Shown here: positions 44,855-55,973 of the stretch, piece by piece
Layout of the letters: the number at the start of each line of letters is the position of its first letter
Position numbering within the stretch: position 1 is the first letter of the stretch
DNA from: Histomonas meleagridis 2922-C6/04-290x
Taxonomy: Eukaryota; Protista; Parabasalia
Direction of reading: 5' to 3'
NCBI GenBank assembly: GCA_020184695.1
Contig: JAANOX010000205.1
Coordinates: forward strand, 186,001-250,000
DNA: 64,000 nucleotides
Position numbers and translations under genes: made by a program
The notes under the pieces: model-generated
What the model saw: the letters and a program-made list of their open reading frames with translations, nothing else
Databases searched by the model: none
Told to the model about the DNA's origin: nothing

Positions 44855-45084
44855 ATCATTAACACTTGACTTATTGAATATTCAATGTTTTGGCTACATT
44901 GTTTCTTGAGGAGTTTTGAAAGAAGACAGCAAAATGCTTCATCTTTAAATTCTTAAAAACAACTTTAAGTACTGTTGTACAACAAGAGAGATTCTTGTTG
45001 AATTTTAAATTGTCAATTTTAAATAGGCTTCACCGTGTGCATAAATTAACATTTACAAGTTAACAGTTTATTGGCTAGAAAAAA

Positions 45085-45658
45085 CTAACATATTGTACCT
45101 ACTTCTTTATGTGAGCTGTCTTTCTTTTTATTGTTTTGTTCTTTTTGTTTTTCATTTGAGATTTTCATACTTCTCATCATCCGGATAAGTTCGGAAAATG
45201 TTTCAGTGATGTTAATATTATTCTTTAATGAGGTTTCAAAGAATTTTGCACCATATTTTGTTGCAAGTTCTTCTCCTTCGGATTGACTGACAACACGATC
45301 ATCATTGAGATCACATTTATTTCCACAAACAACAATAGGTTTTTTCATCTGACCTAATGTACTGTCTATTTCTGCGCACCATTGTTCAGCAATTTCGAAA
45401 GATTTATGTCATCAATTGAATACATAACAATAAACCCATCATTTCTCCTTATTAAAAAGTGAATAAACTGCACCGGTTCCATGCTTTCATGGCTAGCATC
45501 AATGTTTATTATTGTGTTGACACCATCTACTGTTAGAGAATGGTCGGAGTCAAGAATATTCCTTGGGAAATACATGGGAAAAAAGGCCTTCACCGTCACC
45601 CACGAGCACCGAAAATATCGACTGAGTACACAAGAAAAATTATTCACTTAACGTACAT
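45085..45658 (-). pseudogene. Degenerate Ras-family GTPase
   Basis: GNKCDL and FETSLK in the 3' half; frameshift at ~45404 (SFEIAEQW in the shifted frame); broken P-loop. Confidence 0.8.
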
Positions 45659-45679
45659 GTTTTTGACCGTTTAAAACCC
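45652..45679 (+). promoter_or_regulatory. Conserved upstream motif with an AACGGT-type (Trichomonas M3/Myb-like) core
   Basis: CGTACATGTTTTTGACCGTTTAAAACCC; near copy at 51345-51371. Confidence 0.5.
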
Positions 45680-45695
45680 GACCATTTTTTCATAA

Positions 45696-48051
45696 ATGAT
45701 GAAACAAAGTGATAAAACCAAAATGAACAATTGGGAAACAATTCAGTTTATTCAAGAAATAATATTTTCATTAAATAAAGAAAATGTTTTTCAATCAGCT
45801 CTTTCAATATTTGGTGTATTTGATAATAATTACCAGTATTCATCTAACTTACTTATTAGTCAAATAATTTATTCATCATTCATAGCAAGAATGAACGATT
45901 TAGGAGTCTATGTGAGTTTCATTAAAGAAACACAAAAAATTGAAGATAACAAACAAATTCAAAGTAAAATACATAAAGTTTTTTTAAAAATGATTTTAAA
46001 AATATATTCTCAAGAATCAAATTATTTTCTTGAGAGAATGATTCAAGAAAATTTATGCGAATCAAGCATAGTTGAACAGGTAAGAGAAGAGCCATATTTT
46101 ATTCATTACATGTCCAAAAAATTTCTAGAAGAAAATGAATATTTGAAACGAAAAATGGTAAACATTGAAGAACTATCAAAGAATGATTGGGAACTTCATA
46201 AACAATTAATTAAAGAAGGACATAATCCGAATGAAATTACAAAAATAATTCGAAAAGATGAAATCGAAAAACTTCAAGAAATATCATCACAAAATAATTT
46301 TAATTTTAATCAAGAAATTGAACCATCATTATATGAAAGATGTTCATTTATTAATCAAAAATATGTTTCATTAATTGATTATGCAGCATTTTTTTCATCA
46401 GTAAAATGTTTTAAATATTTACTTATGAACAATGCAAATGTAGAAAATACAGGTAAATATGCAGTTGCAGGTGGAAATGAAGAAATCATTCATTTATGTG
46501 AACAAAATCATTCATCATTTGAAGGTGCATATGAAACAGCAATTATTTTCCATCGAAATGATATCTTTAAATATTTTTATGAAAATAAAATATGTCATAT
46601 TAAAAAATTAGAAGATTTAGGAAAGAAGTGTATTTCATCTCATAATTATGAAATTTTTATATTTTTACACAAAGAATTGATGCCAATTAGCGAAAACATT
46701 ATGAAGCAGCAATAATTGGAAACATATTTCTCATTAAACATTTTCTTGAAAGTAATCAAATTCCGAAAGATATATTAATATATTCATCATATTCAGGAAA
46801 TATTGAACTTGTTAAATATATTTTAATACAAGAAGTAATTGATATTAATGCCAAAAATATTTATTTGTTTTAATTGAAATTTATTTTAATAACTTTATAT
46901 TTCAAAATAATATTTGGGAAATATTTAAATTATTTAATACAGCACTTATGATAGCATCTTCAAATGGTTATACAGAAATAGTTAAATTACTTCTTGAACA
47001 AGAAGGAATTGATATTAATGCTAAAGATATTTATTTGTTTTATTTCAAATTTATTTTAATAATTTTATATTTCGAAATAATATTTGGAAATTATTTATTT
47101 TATTTAATACAGCACTTATTAGAGCATCTTTAAAAGGTTATACAGAAATAGTTAAATTACTTCTTGACCAAAAAGGAATTGATATTAATGCTAAAGATAT
47201 TTATTTGTTTTATTTCAAATTTATTTTAATAATTTTATATTTCGAAATAATATTTGGAAATTATTTAAATTATTTTGGACAGCACTTATGTGGGCATCTG
47301 AAAATGGTCATACAGAAATAGTTAAATTACTTCTTGAGCAAGAAGAAATTGATATTAATGCTAAAGATATTTATTTGTTTTATTTCAAATTTATTTTAAT
47401 AATTTTATATTTCAAAATAATATTTGAAAATTATTTAAATTATTTAGAACAGCACTTATTATAGCATCTGAAAATGGTCATACAAAAATAGTTAAATTAC
47501 TTCTTGAACAAGAAGGAATTGATATTAATGCTAAAAATATTTATTTGTTTTATTTAAGATTTATTTTAATAATTTTATATTTCAAAATAATATTTGGAAA
47601 TTATTTAAATTATTTAGAACTGCACTTATTATAGCATCTGAAAATGGTCATACAAAAATAGTTAAATTACTTCTTGAACAAAAAGGAATTGATATTAATG
47701 CTAAAAATATTTATTTGTTTTATTTCAAAAATATTTTAATAATTTTATATTTCAAAATAATATTTGAAAATTATTTAAATTATTTGGAACAGCACTTATT
47801 AAAGCATCTCAATGTGGTCATATAGAAATCGTTAAATTACTTCTTGAACAAGAAGGAATTGATATTAATGCTAAAAATATTTATTTGTTTTATTTCAAAA
47901 ATATTTTAATAATTTTATATTTCAAAATAATATTTGAAAATTATTTAAATTATTTGGAACAGCACTTATTAAAGCATCTCAATGTGGTCATATAGAAATC
48001 GTTAAATTACTTCTTGAACAAACAAAACATTATCACCTTTCGATAAAATAG
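45696..48051 (+). CDS. Second DUF3447-type ankyrin locus with 7 spacer-separated modules; one 1-nt deletion at ~46705
   Basis: Paralog of the 12042 gene; module starts 46939, 47109, 47279, 47449, 47619, 47789, 47959; terminal TAG 48049-48051. Confidence 0.75.
46859..48051 (+). repeat. Tandem 170-bp array (90-nt ankyrin module + 80-nt spacer)
   Basis: Exact 170-bp period across 7 units. Confidence 0.95.
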
Positions 48052-48957
48052 TTTTTTAATTCGAAAATGAATAATTAACATTGATGATTCATTCAAAATA
48101 CATATTCAAATCAATAAGAAATTTATAAGAGGGGATGGTCACATTTGGTGACATGTGATATGAAAAAGCAACTCAGGGTTGGGGTGTTACGTCGACTACT
48201 TCAGAAGAGTTTCTATTTCATGTTGTGAACATGCTCTTTTTGGCTTAAACTATAATATTAATCTCGTAATAGTCTTGCAGCCATCAAAAAATTCAAAATT
48301 TTGTCATAGAAAAAAAAAGGTCATAACATTTGATTGAAATTTGCGGATTGCGAAATCTCATATAAAATATTGAAGAATGCATCCATATAAATCTTGTTCA
48401 TTTATAATGTTAATCATTTTATTAATTATTAAAGAGAATGAAATATTTCTAGAAATACTACCAAGTTTAGATAAAAGAAAATATCAAGTCACAAAGTATG
48501 TGGTTATCATTTGCATAACTAAAATATTAAACAAGTTTTTATTTTCTTCTAATATAATTAAACAAAACTAATGCACTATTGAAAAATGATAATAGATTCA
48601 AGTCGAATGAACTCATTTCTTGGATCAATTAAATCATATGATAAAACAATGTTAAAACAAGAATATCTCAATTTACATGTAAACCTTTAAAGTAATCCAC
48701 ATCCAATCTTATTTCCATTATCTCCTTTTGATTTCCCAAATCCCAAAAACAATGTATTTCTTAGTTCAAATATCAATCCAAACAATGAATTTGACTTTTA
48801 ATACTTAAATACGAATCTTCATAAAAATAAATGATTGGAACGGATTTTCTCTCCACTATCATCCAATAGATTCCGAAACGAATTTTTTGGTATACATTTT
48901 CTGTTGATAACTTTTATTTATTTAGTGAATTTTTAAAAATTTTATCAAAGTTCGAAT

Positions 48958-50997
48958 TTACTCATTAACCAATGAAAGACTGAGGTTTTCAACCGATGTA
49001 ATTAATGCGTCCACGACATTTGGTGCATTTTCGCATGGTTGCTCTATGTTATATTCGTTTCCATTCTTCACCACTCTCACGCCCACATACACCGGTCTGT
49101 TTTGCTTCTGCTTTATTGCCACCTCTCTCACCTTCAGCCAGAATTCGTCCACTTCAGTCAACTCTTCGAAGAACTTACAGCCCAACTCCGCCTTGTTTGT
49201 AGTTCGATAGTAGTTCAAATGTTTCAGTAATATTTCCATTGCGTCTTTTACCAAGTTGAGTCTCGACTTATCGATTTTAATTTTATATTTACATTTTTCA
49301 TCATTCAATTCTTCGACTACAACAGCGCCATTACTCCATTTGATTGCTGCCTTTAATATCGCAAAGCGCGCTCGAGCATGCGCTTGTTTCCATTGCTTTG
49401 ATTCGGGGCTATAACATATTAAAGTTTTCGCGCCAGCATGTAACATTGATAAAACAGAAGTATATTCGAAGTTTTTGCGATATTCATTTTCGGGGTTAAT
49501 CTTGAAGATGTTTAATATCTCAGGGAAAAACGCTAAGTAAACGGATGTTGTTTCTGCGCGACATTCTTCGAATGATGAATAAATAGAACCAAACGTTTGC
49601 TCTGCTGTTTGATTTTCTTCGTAATATGTGTCAATGAATTTGCCTTCATTAAACATATCAGGAATGTTTTTGCCTTTGACATCTTCTTCTTTAAATAATG
49701 TGCCAGAGCCATGGCCATATAATTCATGTGCTGCCGTTGCAAAGTTATCCATTTCATCAAAGAAGTCACATAAAAGTTTCGCGTCATCTTCATATAAAAA
49801 TGGAAATGATGTAACTTGGCGTAATGATGCAGTCATTACATTAGTTAATGAAACATTCTTAAATCCGACATTTAATCGAATTTCATCATAATTCGGAATG
49901 TTAATCCCAATTGGATATCCACTACAGACAAATGTTAAGATGTTAATGGCATTGTATGATGGAGGATTAAATGTCTTTCGTTCATATTCTTTGGGATATG
50001 GTAATAATGGTAATACAAGTGCAGAACTATTAACAAATTCATGAAGTATCGAACTCTCTTCTTTATCAACACATGCAACAAAACTTTCAAATTCAGCTCG
50101 GACACCATCGGGATCGCGATATGATTCGATAAAACCGGAATACGTTTCAACATTAGGATTAAGATCACGAACCCAATGTTCGCTATAACGAACATGATCA
50201 TCGCAATCACCCTTTTGGTAGTGAAGAATCAGTGATTCAAGCATTAGTTTTTCTTCGTTGTTACTGCAATGTTTTAATGATTCATTAAGCCAATAGACAA
50301 CACCTTTCAGTATGGACGAATAGCGGCCTTTGGTTATATAAATTGGTTTTCCTTTGTATTCGCCAATTTGTTTACCTGTGGTATCAATTTCAATTGATGG
50401 AAGTTGAACTTCATAACGATCATCATGACGTATAATTTTTGTGGTTTCGAGTTTGATCTTGTTTGACGTGAGAACAGAATCAATACCTTTGGCTTCTTCT
50501 TCAGTAAAATCAGATGGCTCATAATATGTATTAACACCAGTTGGATGAAATCCGATCTCTGTAACATTGTCTGGTGAAGTAGAATATATTTCTTCAATAC
50601 AATCAAGAAGAAGGGGACGAATGGATTCGGGTGTTGCTAAGATAAAATCTTCTTTACTGCATCTAGGAATGAATTTTGTATCACCAAATCCTAGGAAGTT
50701 ACCTCCTTGATAGAAAAATTGAGCGGCGTATTCAACGATATAATATAAAACTGAAGTTTTCTCATTTAAAGATTGAATTAAAGCTTCACGAGGAATAGCC
50801 TGAAAGAATGCTAAAAGGAACTTAAGTATACGAGGACTTTCACGTGAAGTTTGGTCAGCTAAAATTGGGAATCCAGCCCAAGAAGCCAACACTAAATAAG
50901 TTGCATACTTCCTTTCTTTTTCAGATAAGCCCTTTAAATATTTTCCAGTTTTAAGATCACCAACAGGGAAATCAGTTGGGCACAAAAAAGATGCCAT
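48958..50997 (-). CDS. DPP3: Dipeptidyl peptidase III (M49)
   Basis: HELYGH zinc motif, EECRAE, GFIESYRDP, KQAHARARF. Confidence 0.92.
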   Translation of the reverse strand: MASFLCPTDFPVGDLKTGKYLKGLSEKERKYATYLVLASWAGFPILADQTSRESPRILKFLLAFFQAIPREALIQSLNEKTSVLYYIVEYAAQFFYQGGNFLGFGDTKFIPRCSKEDFILATPESIRPLLLDCIEEIYSTSPDNVTEIGFHPTGVNTYYEPSDFTEEEAKGIDSVLTSNKIKLETTKIIRHDDRYEVQLPSIEIDTTGKQIGEYKGKPIYITKGRYSSILKGVVYWLNESLKHCSNNEEKLMLESLILHYQKGDCDDHVRYSEHWVRDLNPNVETYSGFIESYRDPDGVRAEFESFVACVDKEESSILHEFVNSSALVLPLLPYPKEYERKTFNPPSYNAINILTFVCSGYPIGINIPNYDEIRLNVGFKNVSLTNVMTASLRQVTSFPFLYEDDAKLLCDFFDEMDNFATAAHELYGHGSGTLFKEEDVKGKNIPDMFNEGKFIDTYYEENQTAEQTFGSIYSSFEECRAETTSVYLAFFPEILNIFKINPENEYRKNFEYTSVLSMLHAGAKTLICYSPESKQWKQAHARARFAILKAAIKWSNGAVVVEELNDEKCKYKIKIDKSRLNLVKDAMEILLKHLNYYRTTNKAELGCKFFEELTEVDEFWLKVREVAIKQKQNRPVYVGVRVVKNGNEYNIEQPCENAPNVVDALITSVENLSLSLVNE

Positions 50998-51380
50998 CGT
51001 TTATGTGAAGTAATTTCACGTCAAATGTCATATTATGTTCCATACTTTACAAATAGCATTTTTTGTCTTAACGTATTTGAAAAAACAGGGGGATGGAAAA
51101 CTTTAGTCATTCGTATCGGTTTGTATAAACCATATAAAAAGTGAGCACTTGTGGAGGCAAAAATATACCTCCTTTTCCATAAAACAAAATTTCTACTGTG
51201 AATGGTTTATGATGGAATTTTATGTTTTTAACGAAACTTAATCTCACATAAAAAATTTTGGAAAGAAAGTTAGAACTTTGCTGAATAGGAAAAGTTTTTA
51301 TCTCTAAAGTACATTGCTTTTGACTCGAAAAATTATTCCTTTAGCGTACATATTTCGACCGTTTAAAATCCTAACACACA

Positions 51381-51815
51381 GTGTGTTTGATTCCATTTTG
51401 TACGAAGCCAAAGCACGTGCTTAATGATGATACTACTAACATAAACACAGGATATAAAAATTTGAATAATTTATCAACCTGCTTGAAATTCCTAATTGAG
51501 CTTGAGAAAAATATATTCAGTTTAACAGAAGAAAACTTCCAGGCGTCCTTTAAAAAAGTATTGGAATTATTCGATTCAAATTTTCCCGATACATTTAATT
51601 TTATTATAAGCAACATCGTTTATAATGCATTTTCATTACCAAAGCATGTATTTGATATATACTTAAATTTTTTAAGAGAACTTCAAATGAAAGAAGAAGA
51701 AATTAATCAAAATATAGTTAAACTAATTTCAATTTTTATCAAATGTGTATCCACAAAGAACACACAAGAATCAGATAATTTAACCGAGAAAATGATCATG
51801 TTACCATTTTTATAA
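51381..51815 (+). pseudogene. Truncated N-terminus of a DUF3447-family paralog
   Basis: Aligns by eye with the first ~115 aa of the 12042 and 45696 proteins; no early ATG; stops before the ankyrin part. Confidence 0.55.
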
Positions 51816-51909
51816 CAATTTTATTGATTTAATATATCATATAGCAAACGTAAATTAAAATGAAATTCGTTTTTACTTTCGTTCAGTATATATAACTTAA
51901 ATTTTTTAT

Positions 51910-53295
51910 TTATTTAATGAACCATATCACAGCACCAAATATAAGGAACATTAAAAACATTACCACTGATCCCTTCATTAAGAACACCAATGCGATCACA
52001 ATTGCCATTGCGAAGAATATCAACTTATTCTTACGTATTATATCCAAATTATTCGAATATTTCTTCTCCACGTCGTCGACTTCCTCATCTTTGTTCGGAC
52101 GTACTCTTGGCGGCGGTGGTGGTGGCGGCACTTTAGGTGGCGGAGGAATGTTCACAAACACTTGCGGCTTCGTGAATATGTCGTCCAGTGCGGCGCCTGG
52201 CTGACACTTCGATATGAATGTTTCGTATCCAGGCTTCTTCTCGACCTTTGTCTTAACTTTAGTCTTGCCGACTTTCCGTATAGTTTCATTGTTGACAACA
52301 GGAGACTTTTCGTATTGAACTGACTCGCCTTTCATTTCATTGAGATTTGGAATTAAGTCGTTTTCATCCTCTTCGTAATCATCATAGTCATAGTCGTATT
52401 CATCTTCAAGTAACTTGTCGAAGTCGACTTCGTCTTTAACTAATGGATAGAAAACTGCTTCGCGATCGTATTCATCCATCTGTCGAACAAATGGATGCTG
52501 AAGTAACTCTTCAGGTTTAGGCCGCTTCGCCGGATTTATTATCATGCAACGAGAGACAAAGTCTTGGAAACAGTCTGAAAGAACACTTGAGTTACGAAAC
52601 CCTGGAAATCCATGAACAGAGATTTCAACCATCGCACGCGTAGGCGGGAATTCGCAATACGGTGGGCCGCCTTCTGCTAATTCCACTGCTGAGGCGCCAA
52701 CACTCCATATATCGGCCGGAAAACTATACTTTTGGGCATCAATAACTTCAGGAGCCATCCAATATGGTGTGCCTATGACAGACATCGTGGAAAATGTGAC
52801 GGCATTCGGACTAAATTGACGAGATACACCAAAATCTGTAACTTTGGTGACACCTTTGGATGTAACTAGAATGTTCGCGGCTTTGATATCACGATGGATG
52901 ATTTGCTTGTGGTGAAGAAGCTTAAGTGCTTCTAAGAGATCATTCATGACAAAGGATATTTGAAGTTCTGTAAGTGCTTTGCCTTTGTCATCAATAATGT
53001 CACGAAGTGAGCCACGATCACAGAAATCCATCATAATAACATAATTGCCATCAATAAGAACTGTGCCGTAATAACTAACAGTATATGGTGACGAAGTTTC
53101 TTCGAGAACAGCTATCTCTGAGCGAAGTGTTTTGGCATCTTCATCTTCAAGAACTTCGGGTTTAATTATTTTACCAGCTAAATGTGTATTTGTAGGTATG
53201 TGTAAAAACTCAGCTACAAGGCCATAACCACCTTTTCCAATGTTTCGGATCTTTTTGAACTCAGATTGATTTGTTGTTAGATCAAAATGAAGCAT
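51910..53295 (-). CDS. STE20-family kinase with Pro-rich linker and C-terminal TM
   Basis: HRDIKAANIL, DFG, GTPYWMAPE; hydrophobic C-terminus. Confidence 0.9.
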   Translation of the reverse strand: MLHFDLTTNQSEFKKIRNIGKGGYGLVAEFLHIPTNTHLAGKIIKPEVLEDEDAKTLRSEIAVLEETSSPYTVSYYGTVLIDGNYVIMMDFCDRGSLRDIIDDKGKALTELQISFVMNDLLEALKLLHHKQIIHRDIKAANILVTSKGVTKVTDFGVSRQFSPNAVTFSTMSVIGTPYWMAPEVIDAQKYSFPADIWSVGASAVELAEGGPPYCEFPPTRAMVEISVHGFPGFRNSSVLSDCFQDFVSRCMIINPAKRPKPEELLQHPFVRQMDEYDREAVFYPLVKDEVDFDKLLEDEYDYDYDDYEEDENDLIPNLNEMKGESVQYEKSPVVNNETIRKVGKTKVKTKVEKKPGYETFISKCQPGAALDDIFTKPQVFVNIPPPPKVPPPPPPPRVRPNKDEEVDDVEKKYSNNLDIIRKNKLIFFAMAIVIALVFLMKGSVVMFLMFLIFGAVIWFIK

Positions 53296-53538
53296 TTTTT
53301 TGTACTATGAAAAGTGCTATGGTCGTTTTTTGATTTGACACGAAACACTTTTTCTGAAGTTTATGAATTAAACGGGTGCTGGTATTGGTAACGCTTCACT
53401 ATAAGTATACATTTTAATAATCAGCATAGCGCGTTGTTTTCCAATTTTTTTGTATGCTATCTATTAGCTATTTCCTCTATGAAATTTACATAATAAAAAT
53501 ATTATAATTTTTAAATCAAACATTTTTATTTCTTACAA

Positions 53539-54645
53539 TCATTCTATTCTATATTCATTCTTTTGGATTTCTTCTTCTGTGAATTCATCGGAAGTAATAT
53601 CAATATCAAGTGTAAATTCTCCTGTTGAATATCTATTTAGAAATGGAACAGGTTTTTGGTTATGTGATACATTTATCAAAATCGGATAAATATTTATGTG
53701 TACTGGTTTATTCTTTTTATGAACTTTTTGATGCGGTCTTTGGGATTTTTGTATAAATTGTTGCTTTTTAGCAGTGAAATCCTCCGCAAATTCGAATACT
53801 TCCTTCCAAACAGGCGCTTCTTTTGTGAATTCATCGTCTTCAAGATATGACCTTTGCTCAGAAATTGTTTGTATTAATTTTCCCATTTTTTGTTCATGAT
53901 AATTAAAATTCATGACATCTGATGGGGTAATTATAGCTTGGTTGATATAATTTATTAGCTGGTCTTTGTGGCATATAAACAACCCACTGAGAGCATTTTT
54001 TCGTTGATCAAATGTGTCACGAACAAATTTATCAATTGGAAAGTTTGATGCCATCTTAAGTATAACTGTAAATGTAAATAGCTTTAGAATTGGTGCAATA
54101 AACGGACCTTTATAAGTGACATCGGAAGCAAAATTAAGTTGTGAATATTTGATGCAGTATGCATTGTAAACATTTTCAACATCAATGGAGGCTTCTTGAA
54201 GATTTATGGAATTTGGAGCAATTGGGAAAAAAATACAATTGATTAATTGATTAATTGAATAATTGAATTCATTGATATCATATTTTGGATTCCTAGTTAT
54301 TGAATCAAGAGATTGATGTACATAGTCTTTGGCTTTGACATATGCATTAGCTGTAATGATGGATAACTTTTTATTATAATCTTTGAAATCAAATTCTTCA
54401 TTGGGAAACCTTGGATATTCAAAAGGAGGATCAATTCTGTTAGATATGAGCCGCTGCAGTCTGGAGAGAATATGACGATTCTCGTTGCAAGGGTTCATTT
54501 TTGCCTTGCCAGCTTGGTAAACGGTGTCTTGGAACACAAAATCCTTCCATATCAATCTAAACAACTTAAACTTTAGATTTTTATCATAGAACATAACGAA
54601 GAACTCTCGTAAAGTATTAAAAGAAAGTGTTATAATTTTTTTCAT
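53539..54645 (-). CDS. Hypothetical protein
   Basis: 368-aa ORF. Confidence 0.6.
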   Translation of the reverse strand: MKKIITLSFNTLREFFVMFYDKNLKFKLFRLIWKDFVFQDTVYQAGKAKMNPCNENRHILSRLQRLISNRIDPPFEYPRFPNEEFDFKDYNKKLSIITANAYVKAKDYVHQSLDSITRNPKYDINEFNYSINQLINCIFFPIAPNSINLQEASIDVENVYNAYCIKYSQLNFASDVTYKGPFIAPILKLFTFTVILKMASNFPIDKFVRDTFDQRKNALSGLFICHKDQLINYINQAIITPSDVMNFNYHEQKMGKLIQTISEQRSYLEDDEFTKEAPVWKEVFEFAEDFTAKKQQFIQKSQRPHQKVHKKNKPVHINIYPILINVSHNQKPVPFLNRYSTGEFTLDIDITSDEFTEEEIQKNEYRIE

Positions 54646-54938
54646 TGATAAATCAATTGTAAAATTTGGTTATAAATTGTATTTGTACGCAAAAAAGAAA
54701 AGAGCTGGAATATTTGGCAAAAAGATGAAAAACAATTACATCAAAAGCTTTATGATAAAAATATATTATGATGAACTTATAAAAAGACAAAGAATAATAA
54801 CGTGGTACTTCCTAAGGAGGGTGTACTGTTTTTCCTATTTTAATTTAATGCTGAAAAATAGTGTTGAAAACGCTTTGGATTTTTATATGACATATCATGT
54901 GAAATTAAATTTCTGGGAAAATCTGCTAACATACAAAT

Positions 54939-55463
54939 ATGCATGTTAAATCAGTACCAAGTATTAGAAATATCCCAATACCAAATTGGGAATCTCGGCA
55001 ATTAAATGCAAAGAAAGCAGGAAATTGGACTTATTTTTTTGAAAAAAATCGAAAGCGACCTATTAATCTTTCTAACTTATACAAAAAATCAAATTTAAAT
55101 ATAACAAATCCAAATGCCAGGAAGCTTTCCCGGAGTTGTGATTATAATTTCGGTTCAAGATTTAATAATAAAAATGAAAAGCATCAAAAAGAATTAGATA
55201 ACTTGCAAGTTGTACCATCTCTTACTTTTACAACGGAAAGGCAAGTTAAAAATCGACCAACTACTTCAATTGATGAGATTGATGATCAAAATTATGTCAT
55301 TCATAAGCTAAATCCTATAATGCCTAAAGCTTCGCCACTCACTGTTTCTCATATCACATTTAACCAAAGTTGTAATACTAACAAAAAAGAACAATCAAAA
55401 CAATTATCCATTAAATTCGCCAACTCAAAAGAAAATAGTGTGGAAACAATTTCAAAAAAATGA
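54939..55463 (+). CDS. Hypothetical basic low-complexity protein
   Basis: 174-aa ORF with ATG. Confidence 0.5.
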   Translation: MHVKSVPSIRNIPIPNWESRQLNAKKAGNWTYFFEKNRKRPINLSNLYKKSNLNITNPNARKLSRSCDYNFGSRFNNKNEKHQKELDNLQVVPSLTFTTERQVKNRPTTSIDEIDDQNYVIHKLNPIMPKASPLTVSHITFNQSCNTNKKEQSKQLSIKFANSKENSVETISKK

Positions 55464-55973
55464 TTTCATACGAATACAAAAATATTCATTTGAAGCCATT
55501 TTTTATGGCAGAATGTTTATAGCTAACATGGAACTCATTTTTAGCACAACGGTTTATCAATTCAATTAATGAATTGAATCCTTTCTATCAACCTTTTTAT
55601 TGAATTCAATTCCACACGATAAAACTTTTTCAATTTCTAAAAGTGAAGTGTTTTTCAATAGGATTTAGCGGTTTATGCACTTCAACAAATAAATTTATTT
55701 TGATAAATAACCATGATTTATCTCTATTATTTGGTGTATTGATCAACATTCATCTTTAATAAACTATATACATTTTTTCTTTAAATAAAATCTATCAGAA
55801 AATGACTTTGGTTGACTTCACTCTCGTTTTGTTGTGCAAATTTCATTTGATTATTTTTTGTAAACAAAAAGTGAAACTTTGCGTGATTTTGAAAACTTTT
55901 TGGCGGCTGTTATTTCAATTCCGAAAACAAAACCGCTTTTTTGAATATTTGTAACGTATCTTCTATATAGAAT

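Noticed and set aside
33594-46715. Alternative genetic code or Euplotes-type programmed frameshifting explaining the broken genes
   Set aside because: All conserved genes, up to 3.5 kb long, are uninterrupted and end at TAA, TGA or TAG; the slips share no common motif and are confined to accessory genes
13179-48051. Spacers as ordinary GT-AG introns ending at ACAG
   Set aside because: ACAG is the Thr-Ala codon pair and is absent at 13259 (ACAA), 13923 (ACCC) and 47619 (ACTG); there is no fixed GT and no ACTAAC branch motif
46859-48051. Spacers as U12-type AT-AC introns (gAT...ACa)
   Set aside because: That cut removes 84 nt (67 for the short class) and leaves 86-nt units, out of frame and lacking the conserved Thr; there is no ATATCC signal
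46859-48051. Ciliate-like TA-bounded IES excision
   Set aside because: TA-to-TA excision at the TATTT ends leaves 11 nt between D and T (out of frame), and several spacers lack the 5' TA
48586-48900. Coding-like stretch with three in-frame stops
   Set aside because: Probably a pseudogene relic, but no family could be recognised, so it was not annotated
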